In this document: one piece after another, positions 35,393 through 45,335 of the stretch
How the letters are laid out: every line of letters starts with the position of its first letter
How positions within the stretch are numbered: the first letter of the stretch is position 1
Assembly: GCA_964635715.1 (NCBI GenBank)
Contig: CAZWNZ010000001.1
Coordinates: 74,358-138,357 of the forward strand
Reading direction: 5' to 3'
Source: an uncultured Gammaproteobacteria bacterium
GTDB lineage: Bacteria > Patescibacteriota > Microgenomatia > UBA8517
DNA length: 64,000 bases
Notes under the pieces: generated by a model
The model's database searches: none
Told to the model about the DNA's origin: nothing
The model's input: only the letters and a program-made list of their open reading frames with translations
Program-made: the position numbers and the translations under genes

Positions 35393-38017
35393 TCAATATT
35401 TCAACCTTACATATAAATCACGTACCAATGTCGTATTATATAGGTAAGAGCCCGCTTCGGTCAAGGAAAAGGCTGGATTTGAGTTTTGCATTTTTGAATC
35501 GGACCAAACATTAATCGCCACCGGATATTCACCGATCCCTGCTTGTTTTCTAAAATACAAATTATATTCTTCAAAAGCCTTTTCTTTTTTTGTACTCCAT
35601 GTAAACGAAAACTGTTTTGTTTCGCCAGCTAAAACCTCGACAATTACACCTATTTCCTTTCGCCCTTTTGCACTAGTTATATCAGGTGTCAGCGACTCCA
35701 GATCCTGCCCAAACGAACTTGTTATTGATACACCTTCCACCGTCTCGGGAACAACAAGTCTTATATAGGATTTATATCTACCGGAAAGACCTAGATTTAT
35801 ATTAGCTGAATTATTTAAAGTCAGTGTCAATGTTCTATCGATCGTTTCATTTTTGATGTCAACATTCAAAGATACGTCTCTATTTACAAAATAATTAGCC
35901 TTGTTTACACCAACGTTTGCCTCCACAATTCCTATCAGATCAGAATAGCAATTTACCTCACATACCGGAATAAACACAGATCCGTCCCAATTCAGGTTAC
36001 TTATCACTCGCTGGGTGTCAGCATTATGTAAAAACAATTGAATATGTCTTTGGTCTAAATTTTCGTATGCGTACTTTAAAAGCAAATTTTTCTGTGAATA
36101 GGATAGATTGTCCATTTCACTTAGGATACTTCTGGAAAGTGCCGTTAAAAAACTTGCTTTTTTATGGGTCCCGGGGAAAAAATTATCTTGCACCTCAGAT
36201 TGAACTTTTTCGTATAGATTTTCTGCGGTGATATTAATATCGTAATCAGATAAATAAATAGCGCCACTAACATTTAAAAAATCTTTTATTGGATATAAGT
36301 CGATAGCAAAAACTCCGTCGACTTGCTGATCAACTTCTTTATCCAAAAACCATTCGGCGCGCTTTGCTGAAGTCGGAAAATCCGGATCCCAATTTGAATC
36401 CCTAAGCCACCAGTTCGCTTCTCCTAAATATTTGTTAATTGGAGTTGGTGGTTCAACGTGTCCATTTAACTGTCCATCGGCAGAATAAACATCGCTAATT
36501 GTAAAATCCGAAAGCCTTCCACGATCAAATGTTAAAAGTCCATAAGAACCGATGAACCCTCCTGTTGGTCGAAGTTCCATGTTGTTTTGAAACAAAACAA
36601 GATATGTCTGAGTGTTTGCAGATCCGAGAATTTCCGGGGCTTTTCCGGCTAAAACGGTCAACTGGGATACAAGCTGCTTATATTTATTTAGGTCTATTTT
36701 TGACATTAAATATCTGGCAGCAAAAGAATTATCGTCTACACCTTGAGTACTTACCTTATCAAGAACGGCAACATAATCACCAATCGACTGCAACTTCTTT
36801 TCTGAATCATACAGGACTTCCTCTACAGAATAGGGAGTTTGTCCGAGGATATTACCAACTAAATTACCGGCTGTTCTCGCCAGTGGAATACCTGAAATTC
36901 CTATTTTAGAAATATTTGTAAGTACTAGTGATAAATATTCTGTTTCAATATATATTCTACCCACCAAGGGGATATTTTTTAATATTTTGCTTTCGGCATA
37001 ACCTACCTCTGAAATCGTGTTGCTTGCCCGAAACAAATTTATTGCAGTGTCGTCACTACCCTTTTTAAATTGACTGTATGAAAAATAACTAAGACCTGCA
37101 CTGGTTAGTACAAAAACAAACGGCATTAAAAAAATAATCAGCAATGACAGCAAAAATGGTTTAATAAATTTTTGTTTGCTGGATATTTTGGATAAGTTGC
37201 CGGTTTTTACAGTTTTGGATTTCTTGACTGATGATGGTTTTGTATGCCCTTCATTAATCCATCTATAAGTTTCTGATAACATAAATTCCACACTTCCTTT
37301 TAATTGGAAACGTTCTGCGTTTCGCGGTAAGATGTCTGTATTTTTGTTTGAAGTGGTTACTAGTTTAACGTTACCAAGCAAACGCACATTTTCTTTCCAA
37401 AACTGTGTTGACAATGTTTCAGCTCCCAATAAAAACATTTCTTTTCCATATGGACCGAAGGCAAAAAGCCATTTTACAATTTGCCTGGCAGCATCGCTTA
37501 CGAAAAGCGGATATATAATTTCACCTACGCAAAAATCTATTTGTCTTCGGGAAATCATGGAGTTTAAGTAAGCAGACATTTTCAAATCGCTTTCAAGATC
37601 TATTCGCGGACCCAAAAGATCACCAACATATATCACACCAAGGTTTTCCTGAAGGTTTTTAAAAAAAACGTTTGCTTCCGAATAAATTTCTTTTGGTAAT
37701 ACAATGAATGCTTTAGTTTCACTAATATCAACGACTCGTAAAAAATGTTGAACAAAACTAATAGTTGATTGGATTTTTAAAAAACCCGATAAACACATAA
37801 TGTACCTGTATGAAATGTTATTGTCATATTTACTTGTATGGGAAACATTAAACCTGTCTTTAGCTGCAATGTGTGAAGTTTTAATAACCCATTCATCAAC
37901 ATTGTCTGTAAATATGTTAACCAGACAATTATTTGCTAAAAGATTTTCAAGTAAGTTAATTGCTAAAAAACTTGGTTCAGAGTAAAGACATACTAAAAAT
38001 TTGGTCGACGAGTTCAT
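35393..38017 (-). CDS. DUF4012-type domain membrane protein
   Basis: YLVLFQNNMELRPTGGFIGSYG, RDSNWDPDFPTSA, NVGVNKAN. Confidence 0.75.
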   Translation of the reverse strand: MNSSTKFLVCLYSEPSFLAINLLENLLANNCLVNIFTDNVDEWVIKTSHIAAKDRFNVSHTSKYDNNISYRYIMCLSGFLKIQSTISFVQHFLRVVDISETKAFIVLPKEIYSEANVFFKNLQENLGVIYVGDLLGPRIDLESDLKMSAYLNSMISRRQIDFCVGEIIYPLFVSDAARQIVKWLFAFGPYGKEMFLLGAETLSTQFWKENVRLLGNVKLVTTSNKNTDILPRNAERFQLKGSVEFMLSETYRWINEGHTKPSSVKKSKTVKTGNLSKISSKQKFIKPFLLSLLIIFLMPFVFVLTSAGLSYFSYSQFKKGSDDTAINLFRASNTISEVGYAESKILKNIPLVGRIYIETEYLSLVLTNISKIGISGIPLARTAGNLVGNILGQTPYSVEEVLYDSEKKLQSIGDYVAVLDKVSTQGVDDNSFAARYLMSKIDLNKYKQLVSQLTVLAGKAPEILGSANTQTYLVLFQNNMELRPTGGFIGSYGLLTFDRGRLSDFTISDVYSADGQLNGHVEPPTPINKYLGEANWWLRDSNWDPDFPTSAKRAEWFLDKEVDQQVDGVFAIDLYPIKDFLNVSGAIYLSDYDINITAENLYEKVQSEVQDNFFPGTHKKASFLTALSRSILSEMDNLSYSQKNLLLKYAYENLDQRHIQLFLHNADTQRVISNLNWDGSVFIPVCEVNCYSDLIGIVEANVGVNKANYFVNRDVSLNVDIKNETIDRTLTLTLNNSANINLGLSGRYKSYIRLVVPETVEGVSITSSFGQDLESLTPDITSAKGRKEIGVIVEVLAGETKQFSFTWSTKKEKAFEEYNLYFRKQAGIGEYPVAINVWSDSKMQNSNPAFSLTEAGSYLYNTTLVRDLYVRLKY

Positions 38018-38154
38018 GTTAACTACTATTTTACCGCAATTGAAAAAATTTTATTTACGCTAATTACTGCAGTAAAAAAGTTTTCAAGTTTACAAGTTTA
38101 TCAAAAGAATAAAAACACTCGGAACGTGAAATTTTCACAGAAGTTATCCCGAAG

Positions 38155-38577
38155 TCAAACGTGCCGATCCAATTCCTCGTTGACTAATCCATCTGCGATT
38201 TTATTTTTCTCACGCGGGACGTTTTTAAAAAAAATTTTCATTTTACTTCTTGCCATTAGCCGTCTAATTTCCAAATTCAAAATTATCAATTCATTTTTCT
38301 TTACTTTATAAATGCCATTTAACTGTCTAACCACCAACTCTGAATCAAGAATAAATTGAATACTGTTGTTGGCAAATTTATTTTCATTTTCAAGCAACCA
38401 TTCAAGGGCCAAAATAACAGCATTATACTCTGCCACATTATTTGTTGTCGTATTTAAAAATTTAGAATTTTTAAATATAACCCTGTCGTCAAAAACAACA
38501 GCAAAACCGCAAGCAGCCGGTCCGGGGTTTCCACGGGAGCCACCATCTGTAAATATCAAAATCGGTTCATTTTGCAT
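38155..38577 (-). CDS. rnhA: Ribonuclease HI
   Basis: FTDGGSRGNPGPA, TNNVAEY, DSELVVRQL.G.YKVK, VPREKNKIADGLVN. Confidence 0.92.
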   Translation of the reverse strand: MQNEPILIFTDGGSRGNPGPAACGFAVVFDDRVIFKNSKFLNTTTNNVAEYNAVILALEWLLENENKFANNSIQFILDSELVVRQLNGIYKVKKNELIILNLEIRRLMARSKMKIFFKNVPREKNKIADGLVNEELDRHV

Positions 38578-38601
38578 GCAATTAGTTTAACAGAAATTAA
38601 A

Positions 38602-39852
38602 TCACTTTTCTCTGAAGAAAATTCCAAGTAAAGTAGCTAGTAGTAATAAATTTTGTTGAATCGTAAACCAATAGTGATCAAAAAGTCCGGTAATTAAAAC
38701 AAACAACACAACGAGTGTCCACCATATTTTTTTCCTTTCGATATTCACACAAATTGTTTTATAAAAAATAATACATAAAAACAACAGACCAATTAATCCT
38801 GTCTCTGCGGCTATCAATAAAAAGATATTATGAACGGGTTGTAAAAGCCATACGTCACTTGTGTGGTAAATATTTGTCGCCGCACTCGGTATGAAATTAT
38901 TCAATCCCCTGCCACTAAACCAGTTTTGTGAAAAAACTCCACCGGCAATTTCTGCCAACACAATTCGCTCGGAAGTACTTTGGGAAATACTTATGTTATT
39001 AACTGAAATTCGTTTAGAAAAGAAGGCAAAACAAAAACTAATTAAAACACAAGCAAATATAATAAATACTATTGTTTTGCGCCCTAAAATATTATTTCTG
39101 AAAACATACACCAATGCACAAGCAATAATTCCAATAAAAGCGGATAATGAAAAGGTTGTTAAGAGAGCTACTAATATTATAAACAGCCCCACACAAAGCC
39201 CAATCTTTTTTTTGTTGAGGTATTGGGAAAACATAAATAATAGTGATGCATAGTAGTACCCCGCTAAAGAATTAGGATGGGAAAAAGTTGAGTAAGCCCT
39301 TAGGTGATTTATACCCAAAAAATTGTTCAGAGCTATCCCCGGAGTATGTAATGTAAATGATCTTTCACCAAGCAGATAAAAAATCTTACCCGACGTCTCC
39401 CCTCTCACAACTTGAAGTATCCCGATAATAGAAAAAAACACTAGAGAGTAAAACAGGGTTGAGGATACGTCTTTGACACTAAAGATATCTCTCCGAGATT
39501 TTACATAATAAGCAAGTAAAATCAACTCAAAAAATTTTAACCATCTAATAAACGTTATCGGAATGCTAAATGAAAAAAAAGTATTGATTAAGCAAAATGC
39601 AAAAATAATATAAATATATTTTCTGTACATTATCCAATCTTTTTTTATTATTCCGGAGTTTCTAATTGCCCAATAAATAAACAGTAGTAGAAACAAAATA
39701 TCTGTAAAATAAATTGAAGGAGACAGATAATCGACCCTTATTCCAAAAACAAAAGCAAACTTTGGCCAGAAATGTACTGCCAATTGTGTCGGAAAAAGAA
39801 ATATAAGTAGAAGATTTAAATATTTATCAAGAAGCTTGATTTTGGAAATCAC
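38602..39852 (-). CDS. O-antigen ligase-like membrane protein
   Basis: RAYSTFSHPNSLAG, G.GLNNF, QPVHNIFLL..AETG, FDHY. Confidence 0.8.
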   Translation of the reverse strand: MISKIKLLDKYLNLLLIFLFPTQLAVHFWPKFAFVFGIRVDYLSPSIYFTDILFLLLFIYWAIRNSGIIKKDWIMYRKYIYIIFAFCLINTFFSFSIPITFIRWLKFFELILLAYYVKSRRDIFSVKDVSSTLFYSLVFFSIIGILQVVRGETSGKIFYLLGERSFTLHTPGIALNNFLGINHLRAYSTFSHPNSLAGYYYASLLFMFSQYLNKKKIGLCVGLFIILVALLTTFSLSAFIGIIACALVYVFRNNILGRKTIVFIIFACVLISFCFAFFSKRISVNNISISQSTSERIVLAEIAGGVFSQNWFSGRGLNNFIPSAATNIYHTSDVWLLQPVHNIFLLIAAETGLIGLLFLCIIFYKTICVNIERKKIWWTLVVLFVLITGLFDHYWFTIQQNLLLLATLLGIFFREK

Positions 39853-40310
39853 TTTTTCGGATTAATTATTAAGTATCTATCTTCCCCTTCCCCCTCTGAA
39901 GTTGTCTCCACATCCTTGTTGTCTGCTAATGCCAAATGAACAACCCTTCTCTGCCAGGCTTTAAGGTTATAAAGGTTTTGCGCATTACCTGTTTCAATAG
40001 CTCTTTGCGCTGTCGTTTCTGCAAGGTCTCTTAAGTAATCTTCTTCCTTTTGTCTGTAATCTCCAATATTAACAACGATCTTTCCCCACTCCCCGGTTTT
40101 CTGTTTAAACAATAAGGATAAAATGCTTTGTATACTCAGTAAGGTTTCGCCGCGTTTTCCTATTAAAAGACCTGTTGCTTCTCCGCCTTCGATATTAACA
40201 ACCATATAATCACTTTCTTTGTCATAAACCACTTCAACGCCTGTGTCCACTGACATCAACTTAAGTAATTTCTCCGCTATTTCTTTTAAGATTAAAGCAT
40301 TTTCTTTCAT
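39849..40310 (-). CDS. jag: KH/R3H RNA-binding protein Jag (KhpB/EloR), short form
   Basis: LLIGKRGETL, RRVVH, SEGEGEDR; conserved position after yidC. Confidence 0.85.
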   Translation of the reverse strand: MKENALILKEIAEKLLKLMSVDTGVEVVYDKESDYMVVNIEGGEATGLLIGKRGETLLSIQSILSLLFKQKTGEWGKIVVNIGDYRQKEEDYLRDLAETTAQRAIETGNAQNLYNLKAWQRRVVHLALADNKDVETTSEGEGEDRYLIINPKK

Positions 40311-41152
40311 TTTGTTTGTATAATTTTAGACTTTACACTGCTAAGTGAAGATTTTATCAGATTTACAGCTGGCGTCAAACTCCCCCATCCTGACATAGAT
40401 ACTTGTTGGACAACATTAAATACTGAATAGACAAGCCAATATAAAGCTAAACCGGAAGGAAGTTTCAGTCCAAAAATTAGAGTCATGAGAGGCATCATAT
40501 AAATCATGGACTTTTGCATTGCTACCTGCGTATCATCTAAATCCCCTTTAGTTTTCTTGGCAATTTTCTGCTCCTGTGTTATGTATGGAGTTGTGATTTT
40601 CACAGATAAAAACTGCGCAATTGTTGCAAGAATTAAGAATAATCCGGGTAAGGCGAATGGAATTCCCGGAATTTTAAAAGTATCGGGCATACTGATATCC
40701 ATATAGAAAAAATCCGTATTCAAGGTTTGTTCTTGGCTAAATTTAAGCGGATTATACAAAAGTTCATTCAATTTACCCGAAGCAATTTCTTCACCGGAAA
40801 GAGCAGTTGTAAAAACCCTAAAAAGAGCAATTAGAACAAGAAACTGTAAAATATATGGGAGGCATCCAGCTGTGGGATTAATCTTATTTTGCTTATAAAG
40901 TTCAGCTTGAGCTTGAGAGAGTTTAACTTTATCACCACTGAATTTCTTCTTCAGTTTTTCTAATTGTGGATTAAGATCTTTTATCTTTTTCATCGACTCG
41001 AGATAAGGCTTTGTTAGAGGTCTTAAAGCAAAAATCAAGAAAAGACTGAAGAAAATAATCGCCACACCCAGATTTTCACCCAAGTATTTGTAAAACAAAA
41101 TAAGGCCGTTTGTTAACGGTTGAACCAGTATTGTTGTAAAAATATTTCCCAT
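40307..41152 (-). CDS. yidC: Membrane protein insertase YidC
   Basis: LYKQNKINPTAGCLP, PSGLALYW; synteny with yidD and rnpA. Confidence 0.92.
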   Translation of the reverse strand: MGNIFTTILVQPLTNGLILFYKYLGENLGVAIIFFSLFLIFALRPLTKPYLESMKKIKDLNPQLEKLKKKFSGDKVKLSQAQAELYKQNKINPTAGCLPYILQFLVLIALFRVFTTALSGEEIASGKLNELLYNPLKFSQEQTLNTDFFYMDISMPDTFKIPGIPFALPGLFLILATIAQFLSVKITTPYITQEQKIAKKTKGDLDDTQVAMQKSMIYMMPLMTLIFGLKLPSGLALYWLVYSVFNVVQQVSMSGWGSLTPAVNLIKSSLSSVKSKIIQTK

Positions 41153-41153
41153 G

Positions 41154-41375
41154 TTATTTGACAGGGTCCCACCCAGGTTTTCCAAATGGGTGACACCGGC
41201 TCACTCTCATAATTCCTAAAAGCATGCCTTTCTTAAATCCGTATTTATTCAAGGCTTCTATTGTATACTCAGAACAGGTCGGTGTAAAACGGCACGCATT
41301 TCCTAACATCGCAACCAAAATCGGGGATATGTATTTCCGATATAAACGAATCAGGTAAATAGATATCTCTTTCAT
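41154..41375 (-). CDS. yidD: Membrane protein insertion efficiency factor YidD
   Basis: CRFTPTCSEY, RCHPF..GWDPV. Confidence 0.93.
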   Translation of the reverse strand: MKEISIYLIRLYRKYISPILVAMLGNACRFTPTCSEYTIEALNKYGFKKGMLLGIMRVSRCHPFGKPGWDPVK

Positions 41376-41716
41376 TTCATTATTCCTGCATTTTTTAACG
41401 AGGTTCGCACCTCCTTCATTAATTCTACCGTTGAGACTCTGGAAATTGTTGTCTTAGCTAAAAAAACAACATCGTAGCCTACATTTAAATTTATACTATC
41501 AAGCCTGACTGCTTCACTCATTGCTCTTTTAAATCTATTTCTGTCAACGGCTTCCTTTGCTACTTTTGTAGAAACAATAAAACCGAATCTACAAGGTTCT
41601 TCGTCGGTTCTTTTAAAAAAGGCAACACCAAAACTGTTTGATTGCAAGACTTTACCCTCATTTTGGATTCTGGAAAAGTCTTTCGCCCCTGTAATTCTAT
41701 ATTTTTTAGCAAGCAT
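41372..41716 (-). CDS. rnpA: Ribonuclease P protein component
   Basis: RFGFIVSTKV..AVDRNRFKR (RNR motif). Confidence 0.93.
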   Translation of the reverse strand: MLAKKYRITGAKDFSRIQNEGKVLQSNSFGVAFFKRTDEEPCRFGFIVSTKVAKEAVDRNRFKRAMSEAVRLDSINLNVGYDVVFLAKTTISRVSTVELMKEVRTSLKNAGIMK

Positions 41717-41796
41717 TGTTTTGTTTTTGTTCAGTTTCCATTACTAAAGCAGGAAAAAACACATGGAGTTCGGTAAATAAACTTTAAGATTAACTA

Positions 41797-41937
41797 TTAT
41801 ACCGCAAGCTTTTTTCGTCCCTTCGCCCTCCTCAATCCCAAAACTTTTCTTCCTGACTTAGTACTCATCCTGGATCTAAACCCGTGAGTCCTGACTCTCT
41901 TGATTTTGCTCGGTTGATATGTTCTTTTTGTTGACAT
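41797..41937 (-). CDS. rpmH: 50S ribosomal protein L34 (not in ORF track)
   Basis: Manual translation [46 protein letters not shown]. Confidence 0.96.
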   Translation of the reverse strand: MSTKRTYQPSKIKRVRTHGFRSRMSTKSGRKVLGLRRAKGRKKLAV

Positions 41938-41956
41938 GAGTAATATTATATCAAAG

Positions 41957-41984
41957 AAATTATAAATTAGGAATTAGAAATTCG
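41957..41984. repeat. 7-bp array (RAATTAG-like)x4 between rpmH and dnaA
   Basis: aaattat aaattag gaattag aaattcg. Confidence 0.7.
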
Positions 41985-42012
41985 AAGTTAATTAAAATGG
42001 GGCTTGACGAAT

Positions 42013-42021
42013 TGTGGATAA
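42013..42021 (-). promoter_or_regulatory. DnaA box upstream of dnaA
   Basis: TGTGGATAA is the reverse complement of perfect TTATCCACA, next to a TTGACG -35-like hexamer. Confidence 0.85.
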
Positions 42022-42029
42022 CTCATTAA

Positions 42030-42124
42030 AAGTACATAGTACAAAGTACCTAGTACTTAGATTCCTAACTTCTGTCCTTGCCCTAATTTTTAGCTTCGTA
42101 CTAAGTACTGTGTACTAGGCACTA
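42030..42124. repeat. Inverted pair of 7-bp arrays, (WAGTACH)x4 and (NGTACTA-like)x4, in dnaA leader
   Basis: aagtaca tagtaca aagtacc tagtact (42030-42057) and cgtacta agtactg tgtacta ggcacta (42097-42124). Confidence 0.85.
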
Positions 42125-42130
42125 TTTTAT

Positions 42131-43492
42131 ATGAATAATGAACAAATTTGGAAAGATTCTTTAGAAATAATTAAAGTAACTGTTTCGCCGGCAATTTTTT
42201 CCACATGGTTTTCTCAAACACATCTTATATCTTTGAATGATTTAGATGAAAGGGTGATTGTGGAAGTGGGGTGCCCAACCTCTTTCGCAAAAAATACTAT
42301 TGAAGCAAGATATTTTGGACTAATTCAAGACTCATTGTCAAAAGTGGTTGGCAAAAAATGTGATTTGTCTTTTATCGTAAAATCAAAACCAAAAGTTGAT
42401 AAAGCTCCAATTGACGACACGTCCCCTCTTTTCTCAACTGAAAAAGATGAAAAAACTACTTTAGAAATACTTCAAAGGTCACGAATTAGACCCAGTTTTA
42501 CCTTTGAGAATTTTGCCGTTTCAGGAAGTAATCAAATGGCCCACGCAGCCGCGGAGGCTGTATCGAGAGATTTGGGATCCGCTTATAACCCTCTTTTTAT
42601 TTGGGGTGGGGTAGGGGTCGGAAAAACACACCTCATGGTCTCTGTAGGAAATTATGTTTTACGAAATGATTCTGGAAAAAAAGTTCTTTTTTGTACGGGA
42701 GAAGATTTTACAAACGACATTGTAGAGGGGATTAGAAACAAGACAACGCAGGCATTTAGAAATAAATATAGAAAACTTGATCTGTTACTAATTGACGATA
42801 TTCAGTTTATTGCAGGTAAAGACACTGTGCAGGAAGAATTTTTCCATACATTTAATGCCGTCACTTCTGTCGGTGGTCAAATAATCCTTACTTCTGATCG
42901 ACCACCTTCTGAGATATCCAGACTCGAAGAAAGACTTAGAAGCCGCTTTGAAGCAGGATTAATTGTGGACGTAGCACCACCGGATTTTGAGTTAAGATGT
43001 GCAATAACTCAAATTAAATCCAGAGAGAAAGGAATTGATCTTTCATCAGAGCAGGTTCAAATGATTGCAGCCAATTCCGAGGCGGCTAGAAAAATCGAAG
43101 GGGTTCTAACAAGAATATTGACAGAGATTCATCTCAAAAACATTGTTGTCACCAATGAACTCATTGAATCTATGTTTGCTAAAAGCCTTGATACCTCCGG
43201 TAAAATCACCAAAAGCTCACCGGAACAAGTAGTTGAGGCGGTTTCTAAGTATTTTCAGCTTGGCAAGAGACTTCTTTTGGGAGATAGCCGGGCAAGACCA
43301 ATAGCCCGACCCAGACAAATTTTAATGTATCTTTTGAGAACACATCTCGGCCTTCCCCTCGAAGAGATTGGAAGAATAGTCGGAGGAAGGGACCATACAA
43401 CAGTGATGCATGCTGTGGAAAAGATTACACAACTAGCCACAAACGATGTGCAAATCCGTGAGGATATTTTGAAGATAAAAAGTGTAATTTGA
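42131..43492 (+). CDS. dnaA: Chromosomal replication initiator DnaA
   Basis: YNPLFIWGGVGVGKTHL, LLIDDIQF, QEEFFHTFN, RLRSRF, GGRDHTTVMHA. Confidence 0.98.
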   Translation: MNNEQIWKDSLEIIKVTVSPAIFSTWFSQTHLISLNDLDERVIVEVGCPTSFAKNTIEARYFGLIQDSLSKVVGKKCDLSFIVKSKPKVDKAPIDDTSPLFSTEKDEKTTLEILQRSRIRPSFTFENFAVSGSNQMAHAAAEAVSRDLGSAYNPLFIWGGVGVGKTHLMVSVGNYVLRNDSGKKVLFCTGEDFTNDIVEGIRNKTTQAFRNKYRKLDLLLIDDIQFIAGKDTVQEEFFHTFNAVTSVGGQIILTSDRPPSEISRLEERLRSRFEAGLIVDVAPPDFELRCAITQIKSREKGIDLSSEQVQMIAANSEAARKIEGVLTRILTEIHLKNIVVTNELIESMFAKSLDTSGKITKSSPEQVVEAVSKYFQLGKRLLLGDSRARPIARPRQILMYLLRTHLGLPLEEIGRIVGGRDHTTVMHAVEKITQLATNDVQIREDILKIKSVI

Positions 43493-43740
43493 GGATATTT
43501 TTCTAAAATTCTAACTTATCAACAGCAGTATTAAACTTATCCACAAATTTATTCACAAATTACTACGCATAATATCAACACAAAAACATCCCGAAAAACG
43601 AATTCGAAAGTGGTTTCTTTTCAACTTATCAACCCTTTCTACTACTAGAACTACTAGTATATATATGATAAATACAAGAAAACCGAAAACAAATAAATAT
43701 TGATTTTTGAGTGTTTTCCTTTTACCCTTAACCTACTGTT
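43493..43740. other. Replication origin oriC (DnaA boxes, DnaA-trios, AT-rich unwinding element)
   Basis: TTATCAACA 43516, TTATCCACA 43537, TTATTCACA 43549, TTATCAACC 43626, then CTACTACTAGAACTACTAG and TATATATAT. Confidence 0.85.
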
Positions 43741-44862
43741 ATGAGAGTACAAGTACTACAAGAGAACTTAGAAAAAGCTATTGGCATAACAACAAGATTT
43801 GCCAGTGCCAAAGCACAACTTCCCATTCTTGGTAATGTACTCATATCAACCCGCAAAAGTAAAATTTATATTTCTTCAACAAATTTGGAAATTTCGGCTT
43901 CTGTTAAGATTGGTGCAAAAATTGAAGAAGATGGTGAAATTAGTATTCCTGCAAAAATTATTTCGGAATTAGTACCAAATTTACCCAAGGAAACGATTGG
44001 TCTACAATCGGAAAAGGAGCAGCTGAAGATTTCCACAAACGGCTTTACTTCAACTATTCTGGGAATGGATTCAACAGACTTTCCCAAAATTCCGAATGCT
44101 TTAAATGAGAAAAACACAATCAGTTTTTCTAAGAAGCTACTTTCTGAAAGTTTAGGTAAAGTCGTATTTTCAACTTCTACAGATGAAACACGTCCCATTT
44201 TGACAGGAGTTCTTTTTATTCTTAAAGATAATTCTTTGTCTTTAGTAGCAACTGATGGCTTTCGTCTTTCTAGAAAAAATGTTTTACTAAAGGATTTTAA
44301 AGGAGAGGAAAAATCTGTTGTAATTCCGAAAGGAATCCTGGGGGAGATAATTCGAGGTGTTTTTGAAACAGACGATATTTTGTTTGATCTTGAAGAGTCT
44401 GAAAAACAAGTTCTCTTTGAATTGGAGGATACGGTACTTACATCCAGACTTCTGGAGGGGGAGTATCCGGATTTTGAAAAGATTATTCCAAAAGAATCAA
44501 ACATAAAAGTGTTTTTAGATAAGGAGGAATTTTTAAGGGCAGTAAAATTGGCTTCGATATTTGCCAAAGAGGCTGCAAATGTTGTGAAACTGAAAATTTT
44601 GAAGGATTCCATAAAAGTTTCTGCAGAAAGCGGACAGGCGGGGAGCCAGGAAACAAAAGTCGATGCGAAAGTTGAATCCGGAATTTCGAATTTTGAATCT
44701 GGATTTGAGATTGCTTTTAACTTCCGGTATTTGGAGGATTTTATTCATTCGGTTACAGGCGAAGAATTATCTATGGAGTTTGTAAGTTCTACTTCTGCCG
44801 GGGTGTTTAAGGACACAAGCGATGAAAATTATCTTCATCTAATTATGCCGGTTAAGATGTAA
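43741..44862 (+). CDS. dnaN: DNA polymerase III beta sliding clamp
   Basis: LPILGNVL, STNLEI, TRPILTGV, VATDGFRLS, SRLLEGEYPDF, LIMPV. Confidence 0.97.
   Translation: MRVQVLQENLEKAIGITTRFASAKAQLPILGNVLISTRKSKIYISSTNLEISASVKIGAKIEEDGEISIPAKIISELVPNLPKETIGLQSEKEQLKISTNGFTSTILGMDSTDFPKIPNALNEKNTISFSKKLLSESLGKVVFSTSTDETRPILTGVLFILKDNSLSLVATDGFRLSRKNVLLKDFKGEEKSVVIPKGILGEIIRGVFETDDILFDLEESEKQVLFELEDTVLTSRLLEGEYPDFEKIIPKESNIKVFLDKEEFLRAVKLASIFAKEAANVVKLKILKDSIKVSAESGQAGSQETKVDAKVESGISNFESGFEIAFNFRYLEDFIHSVTGEELSMEFVSSTSAGVFKDTSDENYLHLIMPVKM
44674..44701. repeat. 7-bp array (GAATYYN)x4 inside dnaN
   Basis: gaatccg gaatttc gaatttt gaatctg; encodes ESGISNFES. Confidence 0.75.
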
Positions 44863-44868
44863 AAATTC

Positions 44869-45321
44869 TTATTTTTGTGGAACTTCATCCATCGGGGAAT
44901 TTTTAAGTATATTTGGTTTGAAATTTAGTTCTATTGGGGGAATTACTTCTCCTGTTGAAGACTTTGCTTCGATAGTCATTTTGTATGAAACTTCATATTG
45001 CCACCCCTCCATTGCTCGTACAAAGAGAGACGTGTTGTTGTCATCGGTTTCAATAATTGTGTCTGTTTGGGGATTAGTGTTAATAACGAGAGAACTGATA
45101 TCGATCGGTTTTGAAAAATAGAATTCTATAGAAGAAGTGCTTAAAAGTGAACCTGAAGAGTTATTTTCCGGAACTGATTTTATAAGTTTAAATTCTACAT
45201 ACGGGGTAGGTGTCGGTTTTTGTCTAAATCCGACGCCAGACTTAGAAAGGATCCAAACTATTGACAAGACAGATAGAACAAGAAGAATAAAAACTGGTAC
45301 AATTTTTTTGTTTTTTAGCAT
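44869..45321 (-). CDS. Membrane-anchored Ig-like (Big_5-type) protein
   Basis: N-terminal TM, PTPTP linker, SVPENN...IEFYFSKPID. Confidence 0.55.
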   Translation of the reverse strand: MLKNKKIVPVFILLVLSVLSIVWILSKSGVGFRQKPTPTPYVEFKLIKSVPENNSSGSLLSTSSIEFYFSKPIDISSLVINTNPQTDTIIETDDNNTSLFVRAMEGWQYEVSYKMTIEAKSSTGEVIPPIELNFKPNILKNSPMDEVPQK

Positions 45322-45335
45322 AACTAAATTATAAC

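Noticed and set aside
38078-38101. AAGTTTWY x3 octamer repeat between the DUF4012 gene and rnhA
   Set aside because: Only three units in AT-rich DNA with period 8; too weak to assign to the heptamer family
38265-38292. Weak heptamer-like runs in rnhA and at about 6002, 15881 and 43717
   Set aside because: Too degenerate to separate from chance without statistics
43866-44612. 248-aa antisense ORF within dnaN, and similar shadow ORFs in groL, the 895-aa gene and the pilins
   Set aside because: Antisense shadows of well-supported genes with no motifs
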